From the IMG/VR virus record IMGVR_UViG_3300020048_005080: DNA of 64,000 bases; one strand, written 5' to 3'. Each line of letters starts with the position of its first letter. The first letter of the stretch is position 1. The translations under genes and the position numbers were made by a program. Of the stretch, positions 1 to 8,979 are shown in pieces. This DNA comes from a virus. Under the pieces are notes generated by a model that saw only the letters and a program-made list of their open reading frames with translations, did no database searches and had not been told where the DNA came from.

Positions 1-957
1 TTAATTCTCTACCAATCTGTTCTTTTGCTTGTTCAATATGATTTGAATATAAATGTGTATCACCCAAATTACCAATCAATTCATCAGGAACCATATTAAC
101 TTCTTTTGAAATAATTTCAATTAGTAAACCATAAGAAGCAATGTTGAATGGTAAACCTAAGAATGTATCTACACTTCGTTGATTCCACATTAAAGAGATT
201 GCTCTAGTTGGAACATTGTTCTCGTTCATTTCCTGTTCAATATGATCATGGTGCATATGAGAACCTATTTTATTTCCATACCAATTAAATCGTTCACTCT
301 CACTCAACTCTCTTGTATAAACTTGAAATCCATAATGACAAGGTGGAAGAACCATTTGGTCTAATTCTCCAACATTCCAAGCATTAACCATTAATCGTCT
401 TGAGTCTGGATTTGTTTTAAGGTCGTTGATTAGGTTCGCGATTTGGTCATAATTATGAGGCATCCATCCTTTACTTTTATCAAAATATGTTTCCCAACTT
501 CTCCATTGCTTACCATATACTGGACCTAAATCACCCCACACTTTAGCAAACTCGTCATCTGTTTTGATTTTATTAATAAATTCTTCTTGTGTTAATATTT
601 TAATATCTTTAAGATACTCATAATATTCATCTTCTGATGAATGTTGTTTTTGTATATTCTTAGCATGTTCCCATCCTTTTAGATAGTTCTTATAAGCATC
701 ACCATCCCAAATATGACAATTGTTATCAACTAAATACTTGATGTTTGTATCACCACGTAGGAACCATAACAATTCTGTTGTAATTGTTTTGAATGGCATT
801 TTTTTGGTTGTAAGCAGTGGAAACCCATCTGACATATTGTGTCTGATTTGTCTTCCAAATACTGAAAGTGTACCTGTACCTGTTCTATCTTGTTTGGTTA
901 CTCCATTATCTAAGATGTCTTGGAGTAATGCTGTGTATTGTTTATCTAATTTATTCA
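1..957 (-). CDS. thyA: thymidylate synthase (complete; stop at window edge)
   Basis: The reverse-strand translation starts MNKLDKQYTALLQDILDNGVTKQDRTGTGTLSVFGRQIRHNM, continues through FPLLTTKKMPFKTITTELLWFLRGDTNI and LPPCHYGFQVY, and ends at the TAA at 1-3. These are the classic ThyA motifs. The ORF is absent from the supplied track because it touches the window edge. Confidence 0.9.
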
Positions 958-969
958 TAATTATCCATA

Positions 970-1209
970 TTAATACTTTATAAATTCTTTGATAATATAT
1001 TCTGGAGCAGGAAGAATGTCTAGTCTACTTGCAATCTCAGTTAAACCAAATTCTTTATCTGTCATTAGTTCTTCTCTTAATTGATCAGCATCCGTTTTAT
1101 TAGGCTCTTCCCAGTACCCAACGAAATGTAAGATGTCTTTCATTTCACCCTCTTGTTCAGGATCAATAACCATTAATCCGTACTTTATATCTTTTACGTC
1201 CTTATCCAT
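970..1209 (-). CDS. hypothetical protein
   Basis: 79-aa ORF, co-oriented and tightly packed with its neighbours. Confidence 0.45.
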   Translation of the reverse strand: MDKDVKDIKYGLMVIDPEQEGEMKDILHFVGYWEEPNKTDADQLREELMTDKEFGLTEIASRLDILPAPEYIIKEFIKY

Positions 1210-1744
1210 TTTTATTCGTTATTTTGTCTAGACTTTCTTTAGTCCTTTCTAATGTTTCGTTTGCTTTTGCTAATTTTTCAGGAAATAATGTCTCTGTAGG
1301 CTCTTCTATTTTTGACTCTTCCTCATCTCTCTTAAATATAGCATCCCAGTTTTCGCCCCACATTTTATCTATAGCATCTTTGTATTTAGGATCATCCGCC
1401 ACTAAATTCATTAGATCTTTATACATCCAATATGTAAATTTTAGTTCAGCTAGATATCCTTTACAGTAATCTCCATCAGGATGCTGTTTACAACTAGTTG
1501 CTGGACAGCATCCATCTTCCCCACATGCTTCGCATATTGGACAATAAGGGGATCTTAATTCTTCATCCATCTCTTTTAAAGGTGATCTTAATTCTTCATC
1601 CATCTCTTTTAATTCTTTTTGAATTCCCTTGTCATTAATAAATTTAGCATCTTCCCACGCTTCTTTTCTATCTCTCCATTTTATCCAGAGTCTAAAAAAA
1701 TCGTATATCAGTTTTATTTTATTCATCTTTTTTGAATTTTTCAA
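1202..1744 (-). CDS. hypothetical Cys-rich protein with internal tandem duplication
   Basis: It contains CPICEACGEDGCCPATSCKQH plus a duplicated KEMDEELRSP(L/Y) segment that corresponds to a 33-bp DNA tandem repeat near 1545-1610. Confidence 0.5.
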   Translation of the reverse strand: MKNSKKMNKIKLIYDFFRLWIKWRDRKEAWEDAKFINDKGIQKELKEMDEELRSPLKEMDEELRSPYCPICEACGEDGCCPATSCKQHPDGDYCKGYLAELKFTYWMYKDLMNLVADDPKYKDAIDKMWGENWDAIFKRDEEESKIEEPTETLFPEKLAKANETLERTKESLDKITNKNG

Positions 1745-1919
1745 ATCCTTCTATTATAAAGAAAGGACCTTCCGAATCTGTATCTGTTAGAAGTTCTGCT
1801 GTGGTATCTGCTTGCTCTTTTATATAAAATCTGGTAGCAAATTCTATACCTCCAAATCTTTTACTATGTTTTGAATAGTATCTTCCTTTGATATTTTGAA
1901 TCAAAAATATTCTTTTCAT
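1719..1919 (-). CDS. hypothetical protein
   Basis: 66-aa ORF in the minus-strand operon. Confidence 0.35.
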   Translation of the reverse strand: MKRIFLIQNIKGRYYSKHSKRFGGIEFATRFYIKEQADTTAELLTDTDSEGPFFIIEGFEKFKKDE

Positions 1920-2275
1920 TATAATGGTTTTAAATATTCGACCTTTATTCCGTTTTGTTTTGCAAATTCAATCTCTGCGGCAACTCCTTTAGAATTTTCC
2001 CATCCTGGTATGGTATTACATACTAGAAGCTTATCGCATTTAGTGAGAAGAACTATACAGAAGTCCATCCAAAATGCCCAATCAGTTGGCATTTCTTTAC
2101 ATTCAGATAGAACATGTCCATATGTTATAGGAGAAATAGCAACATGTCCTTGTGCTACAAGATCTGCAGCTATTTCAGTCACAGCCTCATAATTCTTAAT
2201 TCTAATACTATCGTCAGAATTAGTATAAGGTGAAGCAATGTAGATTAATTCTTTATCCGTTTTCATCTTCGTCAT
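1919..2275 (-). CDS. nucleoside 2-deoxyribosyltransferase / DNPH1 (Rcl)-like protein
   Basis: YIASPYT near the N-terminus and the overall size fit the nucleoside deoxyribosyltransferase-like fold. It has a paralog at 24165..24653. Confidence 0.5.
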   Translation of the reverse strand: MTKMKTDKELIYIASPYTNSDDSIRIKNYEAVTEIAADLVAQGHVAISPITYGHVLSECKEMPTDWAFWMDFCIVLLTKCDKLLVCNTIPGWENSKGVAAEIEFAKQNGIKVEYLKPL

Positions 2276-2729
2276 TTTCCTCGTTATCTGCTTGTTCTTT
2301 GTATTCCAATGCTATACGGAGAAGTCCATTTAGATATTGCCATCTAGGAGCTCCGTGTGGATAACTAGGAAACAGTTCTTTAAGAACAGATTCTTGCCAT
2401 TCTTTTTCTGATTTAATGGGAGAGATCCATGAGCCATCTTCAGCATTAAAAGAGACAAAAGTTTGTACGCCCTTAATAAAGATTTCTAAATCCTCCTTCT
2501 CTGGTTTCATATCTCGTGGATATGAGCCGTAGTATATTTGTTTACCGTCAGTTCCTGTTAATGGAACATTGTTGTATATAAAGTCGGTAAATTGACTAGT
2601 GGATAGAATATCAACTATTGTATCCTCACGGTCGTACAAAACGTATTCATCTGAATCTGTTTTTTTAGCGGTGAGAATTGGGCCTTCACTATTTAGAAGC
2701 TCGATCTCTTCTGATTTTTTCGATCTCAT
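2253..2729 (-). CDS. hypothetical protein
   Basis: 158-aa ORF with an acidic C-terminus. Confidence 0.5.
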   Translation of the reverse strand: MRSKKSEEIELLNSEGPILTAKKTDSDEYVLYDREDTIVDILSTSQFTDFIYNNVPLTGTDGKQIYYGSYPRDMKPEKEDLEIFIKGVQTFVSFNAEDGSWISPIKSEKEWQESVLKELFPSYPHGAPRWQYLNGLLRIALEYKEQADNEENDEDENG

Positions 2730-2901
2730 TTTTTATAAAATTATTCTCGGGATTGTAATCACCGAGATTGTAAGTGATATAATTCTTCTCTATTGGATTA
2801 AATAATCTTACCATTAGATAATTTAACTCTGATATATGAATATTTTCCAATTCATACTCTTTATCATCCAAAATTATTTTTGGGTTTGTTTTTGCTGACA
2901 T
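2689..2901 (-). CDS. hypothetical protein
   Basis: 70-aa ORF. Confidence 0.35.
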   Translation of the reverse strand: MSAKTNPKIILDDKEYELENIHISELNYLMVRLFNPIEKNYITYNLGDYNPENNFIKNEIEKIRRDRASK

Positions 2902-3216
2902 CTATTTAGGTTTAAAAGCACCGAATAATTTTTTAAGTAATCCATTATCTTCTTTCTTAGATTTTTTCATGGGTATCACTTCATTTTTAATTTTAATTTT
3001 TTCTTGCCTGGGTTCTTTTTCGAAATCAAATTCTGTTTTAATCTCCGTGGGTTTTTGCATCTTCTGATGAAGCTCCCAATTAATAATAGAATCCATTTTT
3101 TCTTTGGAAAAATCATCAAAAAAATCATCATCTCCTCTCCTTGTTTTTTTACCTCTGTCTCTAGGAGGTGGTGGAGGATGTGAATGTGAACTAAATTGTG
3201 AAAGTTTTATTGCCAT
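2902..3216 (-). CDS. hypothetical Pro-rich basic protein
   Basis: HSHPPPPPRDRGKKTRRGDDD. The stop and start overlap that of 3216..3647. Confidence 0.4.
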   Translation of the reverse strand: MAIKLSQFSSHSHPPPPPRDRGKKTRRGDDDFFDDFSKEKMDSIINWELHQKMQKPTEIKTEFDFEKEPRQEKIKIKNEVIPMKKSKKEDNGLLKKLFGAFKPK

Positions 3217-3647
3217 TACTTTTCTTCTTTTACTACACGAAAGTAAGAATTTTCTACAAGAAAGCTATGAAGATTTTTAAGATTTTTACAAATTTCTTTT
3301 CCGTTCTCGTCCCAAGCTTGCATATCTTTTCTAGGTTTTCCTGATATTCCATCTTTCTCGTACAAATACCAACTCAGCCAATCTTGTCCATTATCAGTTA
3401 ATATCTGACTCCATAATAGGTAGATAACTTTATCGTAGGGATCTGTATAATCTATAAGGTCTATCTTTAATTGATAAGCTTCATTGCTTTTTCTGTGCAT
3501 TTCGATTAAATTATCTATGCACTCCTTAAAATCTTTAAAATTCATATTATTTTTACGGAATAAAGGAACAAAAGTTCCGGAACAAAAAACAAAAAAATAT
3601 GTATAATTTTTATGATATATTTTACTTCTGATACCCATTACGGTCAT
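3216..3647 (-). CDS. hypothetical protein (possible shorter start at 3545)
   Basis: The longest ORF overlaps the + gene at 3612. The internal Met in MNFKDFKECIDN would leave a 66-nt divergent intergenic region. Confidence 0.45.
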   Translation of the reverse strand: MTVMGIRSKIYHKNYTYFFVFCSGTFVPLFRKNNMNFKDFKECIDNLIEMHRKSNEAYQLKIDLIDYTDPYDKVIYLLWSQILTDNGQDWLSWYLYEKDGISGKPRKDMQAWDENGKEICKNLKNLHSFLVENSYFRVVKEEK

Positions 3648-4220
3648 AAGAATTTAGTTTCTGGATGTACTTCATGGGATAATGACAAAAGATGCAGAAA
3701 GTTTAATTCACTTTCTGAGCATGACGAATTTATAGTTAGATCGATAAATTCCACTGTGGGATACGAAGACACGCTTTACCATTTAGGAGATTGGAGTTTT
3801 GGAGGATTCGATAATATTAAAAAATTCAGAGACAGAATAAACTGTGCTAATGTACATTTGATCTTAGGAAATCATGATCATCACTTAGAGAATAATAGAG
3901 AAGATTGTCGTGATTATTTTTCCAGCGTGCAACATTATTTAGAAATTGAGATTGATGGCATTCGAATAATCATGAGTCATTGGCCAATGAAGGTATGGAA
4001 TAAGTACCATAAAGGATCTTGGCAATTGCATGGGCATTGTCACAATAATCTACAGCCAGATGAATGGTGGACTTCTTCGAAAGTAAACGAAAGAAGAAGA
4101 ACAATGGATATTGGGTTGGACACAAACTCTCTTAAACCTTGGTCTTTTGCTGAGCTTAAGAAGATAATGAATAAGCTAGATAAATTCGGAAAAGTTTTAG
4201 ATCATCACGAGAAAGACTAA
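3612..4220 (+). CDS. calcineurin-like metallophosphoesterase
   Basis: FTSDTHYGH, LGDWSFGG and LGNHDHH are the metallophosphoesterase motifs. Confidence 0.75.
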   Translation: MIYFTSDTHYGHKNLVSGCTSWDNDKRCRKFNSLSEHDEFIVRSINSTVGYEDTLYHLGDWSFGGFDNIKKFRDRINCANVHLILGNHDHHLENNREDCRDYFSSVQHYLEIEIDGIRIIMSHWPMKVWNKYHKGSWQLHGHCHNNLQPDEWWTSSKVNERRRTMDIGLDTNSLKPWSFAELKKIMNKLDKFGKVLDHHEKD

Positions 4221-5293
4221 ACCGTAGGTATATTAATCTGATTGATTAGATCTTCCGGTTTTTTATTCTCTATATCTTTCCAAACGTCAGATATAGTAAT
4301 TCCTATATCTTCAGTCATAATTAGTGCTTTATCTGTCCATTCAGATTTAACAGCTAAATTTATTGCCTGTATATTTTCTGTGCATGCAACAGACCCTAAA
4401 TCTAGGGATTCCTTAATAACATCAGATGCCTTATTTATAAGTTCTAAACAGCAATTATCGTGATTTTTTTTCTGTCCGCTAATATGAAAATGGAAAATGT
4501 TGTCAAAGTAGTTTTTTGATTCCTGACCATTTATTCTTGTCAATAAAGCATTTCCGATTTCTCTATAAGTTATAATCTTTAGACCTTCTAATTCGCTTGA
4601 ATTATTTGCTTTTAATCCGCTTATAAGCTCCGAATATATTTCAATAAGTGTATTTATGGCTTGTATCTCTTTAGCTCCACTTACATCATTTAAAGTGCAT
4701 AATACTGGATCTTTACTAAATATAGAATGATCTATATTTCCTATTTTTATTCCAAAAAATTCAGGAAGATAATCAATTACTATATTTAATGCTTCTTGAG
4801 GAATTCTAGTTGCAGTATTTTTCCAGATATGATTAGCAATATGTGTTAATGGTGTAATTGCTTGGTATTTACTAAAAAATGGTGGATCTATTCTAAATTC
4901 ACCTCTATAGGGCAATCCATTAACAGCATCTATTCCGCCATTAACAACTATTTCACCTGATCCAAAACTTCTTGGAATATTAAATTTACCCTCAGAATCA
5001 CTAATTGCTGTTTTTATTAGTCCTCCGCTATAGGCATATATAAAGTTCACCCTAGCTCCAACTAAAGCAGCATCGGAAACTACTCCCATATGATTTGAAA
5101 TAATATCTAAAGCTCCATCATAAGCTCCTTCTTCCCCGTCCTCATTTTTTTTACTAAATGGGTCTTTATATTTCTTTTTCTCCTCAGCTTCATTTAGTAG
5201 TCTTTGGGTCTCTTTTTCTCTCTGCCATATTTTATACTTTATACGCAGTTGATCCTCCGAAAGACCTGGATATTTTGCTCTGAAACTTATCAT
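4217..5293 (-). CDS. hypothetical protein
   Basis: 358-aa ORF at the 3' end of the long minus operon. Confidence 0.55.
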   Translation of the reverse strand: MISFRAKYPGLSEDQLRIKYKIWQREKETQRLLNEAEEKKKYKDPFSKKNEDGEEGAYDGALDIISNHMGVVSDAALVGARVNFIYAYSGGLIKTAISDSEGKFNIPRSFGSGEIVVNGGIDAVNGLPYRGEFRIDPPFFSKYQAITPLTHIANHIWKNTATRIPQEALNIVIDYLPEFFGIKIGNIDHSIFSKDPVLCTLNDVSGAKEIQAINTLIEIYSELISGLKANNSSELEGLKIITYREIGNALLTRINGQESKNYFDNIFHFHISGQKKNHDNCCLELINKASDVIKESLDLGSVACTENIQAINLAVKSEWTDKALIMTEDIGITISDVWKDIENKKPEDLINQINIPTV

Positions 5294-5311
5294 CGGATTA
5301 TATATCCGAAT

Positions 5312-6322
5312 TTAGATTTTAGAGCTACCAAAGCCAATTCCTGATTTCTTTTTACCCCCTTTGATTCTTGGCTTATCTGATAGAGCATTAAGAGTAGCTA
5401 AAGATTCTTTAAAATCTTTGCCCATAACTATTACAGAAATAACTAATTCTTTTAAATGTGATAATGACATATCTTCACTCGAATCTAACCATTCTTCTAG
5501 ATTGATGTTTTTAAGATCCTCATCAGATAATTTATTCTTAATATATGATTCTCTAATCGCTCTAGATGGCATTTGAACCTCATATCTTCTATCAAATCTA
5601 GAAGGTCTGTTTGTAATACGCTCTTGCAGTTTTTCTGGGTAATTTGTAGTTGCAATATAAACTACATTCTCAATTTGTTTAACACCGTCTAGAATGTTAA
5701 GCAATTTTGTAGTGGAATATCTGTCCTCGCCTGCTAATGAATCAATATCTTCAAGTATTACAATAAGAGGTCTTTCAGGTTCAATTGTTCTGATTGTTGG
5801 AACAAATTCAACAAATGCTTTAAAATCTTCATCCTCTTTGATATTAATAACAATCCCATTCTCTTCTTCAATTAGGTTCTTAACGCAAAGTTGGATAATT
5901 CCTGATTTACCACACCCAGGATCTCCATAAAGTAAAATACCCCTTTTGTGTACGAAGTTATACTCTTTATATGTTTCTCTTTTTCTCCAGAATATTTTTA
6001 TGTCACTTAGAATGCTTTCGATCTCAGGGGAAGGCAGTTCATAAAGTTCATCAATATTTAAAGCCTGTTTAGCAATAACCCAAGTCTGTAATGAGCTATT
6101 CCATTTCATTTCATAAAGCCCAGATGGAACATGCGGAATTGAAACATACGAGGGTGCAAATTGGTCATTCTGTAATACAGACCATTGTGTGTGTGTATGC
6201 GTGTCTATCGATTCTAAATCATCGTCAAAATATCCTTCTCTCATTTTTCTAGTTATATTAATTAAATTGTTTATTCTTTCCGTAACATCTGCCTTAGTTC
6301 TTGCAGTCTTTTTATTTTTCAT
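5312..6322 (-). CDS. AAA+ ATPase
   Basis: Walker A is LLYGDPGCGKSG, Walker B is IVILEDID, sensor-1 is ATTNYP, and the Arg finger region is RPSRFDRR. Confidence 0.8.
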   Translation of the reverse strand: MKNKKTARTKADVTERINNLINITRKMREGYFDDDLESIDTHTHTQWSVLQNDQFAPSYVSIPHVPSGLYEMKWNSSLQTWVIAKQALNIDELYELPSPEIESILSDIKIFWRKRETYKEYNFVHKRGILLYGDPGCGKSGIIQLCVKNLIEEENGIVINIKEDEDFKAFVEFVPTIRTIEPERPLIVILEDIDSLAGEDRYSTTKLLNILDGVKQIENVVYIATTNYPEKLQERITNRPSRFDRRYEVQMPSRAIRESYIKNKLSDEDLKNINLEEWLDSSEDMSLSHLKELVISVIVMGKDFKESLATLNALSDKPRIKGGKKKSGIGFGSSKI

Positions 6323-7334
6323 TCAATAGGAATTTATTACTGATAACTTTAAAAGATATCTTTCTATCAATGCTTCTTATAACAACACCCTCTCTGTCAA
6401 AATTAGGATTATGATAAGATTTTCCGTCTGCATAAGATAAAAGATCCTCTATTGTATCGGGTAAAGTAAATTCTGTTTCAATTTTGGGTACTGTATCAAG
6501 ACCTAATCCATGAATAGTATTAACAAATTCTGTTAACCCCACATATTCACGTGTGTCTATATTAAACACATTAAAGAACTTAACCGTCTGTCCTAAGATT
6601 TTATAAGGATTACCTTGTATACCTTCTCCGATTAGCTCTCCTTGAAAACACACATTATATTCTAAAGATTTCATTTTGTTCTCTAGATCTAAATTTCTTG
6701 CAACTTTCCAGAATGAATTTCCTTCAGTTTCTAAAAGCTCTAAATTTCTAGAACAAACACCAAACTCTCCATCTTTGTAATAGTATGTAGCAGAACTTCC
6801 GTCTAGTTTTTCTGTCACATAGAATTTATTGTCTTCTACTTTCCATCCTTCAAATACTGATGAAAGATTTTGAATTCTTTCTTCATCAGTCTTTGGAATG
6901 AATCCAGGAAATAGTCCTTTAGCTACTCCAGATAATTCTGCAGGCATAGGTGGTTCGTATTTAATGATTCCCAAAATTTCAGATACATCAGATCCTTCTT
7001 CAAATTCTACTATAAAATTCTTATATCTCATAAGAACATTTATTGGAATAATTAGACCTTGAGAAACCTGTCCTCTAAGTTTAATTGTTCTCAATCTGAA
7101 TCCTTCTGAGCCATCTGCCATTTTTTTGTATGAAGACTTTCTAAGGAATTCAAATTCTTCTTTAATTGGAAGGAATGAATCGATCTCGCAGTAGATTACA
7201 TAATCACCCTCTTTGTGTTCTACGTTTTTCCCTACTACCACCTTCCATCCGTTTACAATTGCCAATTCAATAGCATCCGCACCTTCAATTGGAAGGATTT
7301 CTTTAATTTTCTGAATCGTTGCTAGTTTTCTCAT
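6312..7334 (-). CDS. ATP-dependent RNA ligase (KxDG nucleotidyltransferase, DRB0094/TIGR02306-like)
   Basis: The N-terminus MRKLATIQKIKEILPIEGADAIELA is typical of this ligase family. The KxDG motif is TEKLDGSS. Confidence 0.75.
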   Translation of the reverse strand: MRKLATIQKIKEILPIEGADAIELAIVNGWKVVVGKNVEHKEGDYVIYCEIDSFLPIKEEFEFLRKSSYKKMADGSEGFRLRTIKLRGQVSQGLIIPINVLMRYKNFIVEFEEGSDVSEILGIIKYEPPMPAELSGVAKGLFPGFIPKTDEERIQNLSSVFEGWKVEDNKFYVTEKLDGSSATYYYKDGEFGVCSRNLELLETEGNSFWKVARNLDLENKMKSLEYNVCFQGELIGEGIQGNPYKILGQTVKFFNVFNIDTREYVGLTEFVNTIHGLGLDTVPKIETEFTLPDTIEDLLSYADGKSYHNPNFDREGVVIRSIDRKISFKVISNKFLLNEK

Positions 7335-7914
7335 CTATTAACTTATTTTGTTTATATGCGTCTCTCAATATCTCGTCTAGCGACAATTTATTGTTTTCTT
7401 TCTTGTAGATCACTATAGTTACCTGACAATCTCTAAGTTCCTTCTGTATAAGATATTTAATATGATCCCAATCACCTCCTGCAAGTCCTGCTCCGATCAT
7501 AGGAAGTCCTATACGTTTACCTTGAAACACCATATTCATTTTTCTTAGACATAATGTCAAAGCTTCATAATCAATAGGTCTTAAAACACCATCAGAGTGA
7601 TTTCTTCCGTAGTTGTATTGTGTATAGGCATTAACAACAGTTAATTCTGGTTCATTGCGATTGTTCTTTGCATCTTCCAAAGACCATATTGCATTTTCAC
7701 CTAATACAAATGTTTCATGGTCAATATTACCTAATTTGTTAATATCAGAACCAATAAGTTCCATTTCAAATTTATCACATCCAAAAGCCTTAGCCATCTG
7801 GGGAGCAATACCTGCTCCCATAGTTGAATGACAATTGCATCCGTGTGCAATCACATCAAATATGCCTTGCTTAGCATATTCAATTAGATCCCCTTTTATC
7901 TCTTGGTATCTCAT
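7303..7914 (-). CDS. macro domain (ADP-ribose binding/processing) protein
   Basis: GDLIEY...DVIAHGCNCHSTMGAGIAPQMAKAFG is a macro-domain glycine-rich loop. Confidence 0.7.
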   Translation of the reverse strand: MRYQEIKGDLIEYAKQGIFDVIAHGCNCHSTMGAGIAPQMAKAFGCDKFEMELIGSDINKLGNIDHETFVLGENAIWSLEDAKNNRNEPELTVVNAYTQYNYGRNHSDGVLRPIDYEALTLCLRKMNMVFQGKRIGLPMIGAGLAGGDWDHIKYLIQKELRDCQVTIVIYKKENNKLSLDEILRDAYKQNKLIDEKTSNDSEN

Positions 7915-8087
7915 GTCTCCTTAATATAAAATTCTCTATTAGGTGAATCATAATCCCATGACATATCTCTAACGAGAGCTGAGTAAACCCAGTTAGCAAT
8001 CATTTCTGTTGGACATTGACACACCAGCTCATCCCTTGTAATATCTCCTGAATCTGGATCAATATCTTTATATCTAATTTCTGTCAT
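7911..8087 (-). CDS. small hypothetical protein (58 aa, below the track threshold)
   Basis: ORF MTEIRYKDIDPDSGDITRDELVCQCP... fills the gap between the two neighbours with ATGA overlaps. Confidence 0.25.
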   Translation of the reverse strand: MTEIRYKDIDPDSGDITRDELVCQCPTEMIANWVYSALVRDMSWDYDSPNREFYIKET

Positions 8088-8362
8088 GAATTAATTCCTC
8101 TAACCTCATTAATAATTTTACCTTCTTCCTTAGGTTTATCTTCTTCTTTGATTTCTACAAAATCTTCAATAGATTCTATCATTGTATTTACTATAGGATA
8201 ATAGCATAGAATTTTTCTTCTAATTATTTCTTCATTCGGATTATTTTCATCATTATAGAAATAATAATACCCTGAGCCAGAGCTGAAATCATCACAGATT
8301 ATTTCTCTTTTGTAATCACCTGGTGGTGCAATTATAATGAGTTTAAATTTTTGCTTAGCCAT
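8084..8362 (-). CDS. hypothetical protein
   Basis: 92-aa ORF. Confidence 0.4.
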   Translation of the reverse strand: MAKQKFKLIIIAPPGDYKREIICDDFSSGSGYYYFYNDENNPNEEIIRRKILCYYPIVNTMIESIEDFVEIKEEDKPKEEGKIINEVRGINS

Positions 8363-8366
8363 AATT

Positions 8367-8627
8367 TTAGCCTAATTTTATCGTGGAAAATGTTAACCAA
8401 TCGCCTTCTCTTTGGTCACTGTTCCATTTTACATCTTCCCATCCAGCTTTAAGATATCTTTCCTTAATTATTTGAAAATGAGAAAAAGACATCCCTGAAG
8501 GAACTCCTGTATTCACTGAAGAATTTGGTGCTACCTTTTTATTAGCTAATTCATGATCTATTTTATTTTCGAAAGTATCAAGCTCTGCTAGAAAGTTAGC
8601 ATTTAATTGATTCGGTCCTATTGCCAT
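8367..8627 (-). CDS. hypothetical protein
   Basis: 86-aa ORF. Confidence 0.4.
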   Translation of the reverse strand: MAIGPNQLNANFLAELDTFENKIDHELANKKVAPNSSVNTGVPSGMSFSHFQIIKERYLKAGWEDVKWNSDQREGDWLTFSTIKLG

Positions 8628-8628
8628 A

Positions 8629-8964
8629 TTATTTTTCTTTGATTGTTTGTTCTGATTTAACTCTGTACCCTTTTTCTTCTTCTAAAGATTCTCTAAATCT
8701 TTTTAAAAATTCTTTAGCGTCTTTTTCATTGTCGTAATATCTATAGGCATACATTTCGTATCCTATCATATAACAGCAATTCATCCAGATTAAAGCAAAG
8801 GGAACTCTTTGTTGAATGTAATATCTTTTCTCCCCGTTTTGATAAATTACTTTTCTGATCCTGTGTCCCCATGAATATTTGGAAATATCAGACATATGGA
8901 AAAAAATTATACAAAATAACGGAAGTAATATAACTAATACTGATGCTATAGTAAGAAATTTCAT
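8629..8964 (-). CDS. hypothetical membrane protein
   Basis: N-terminal TM helix LTIASVLVILLPLFCIIFF. Confidence 0.4.
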   Translation of the reverse strand: MKFLTIASVLVILLPLFCIIFFHMSDISKYSWGHRIRKVIYQNGEKRYYIQQRVPFALIWMNCCYMIGYEMYAYRYYDNEKDAKEFLKRFRESLEEEKGYRVKSEQTIKEK

Positions 8965-8979
8965 TGATAGTGGTTTAAA

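Noticed and set aside
720-983. Plus-strand 87-aa ORF.
   Set aside because: It lies entirely antisense within the thyA coding sequence and is a shadow ORF.
1224-2192. Plus-strand ORFs 1224..1469 and 1896..2192.
   Set aside because: They are antisense to better-supported minus-strand genes and have a low-complexity Ser-rich composition.
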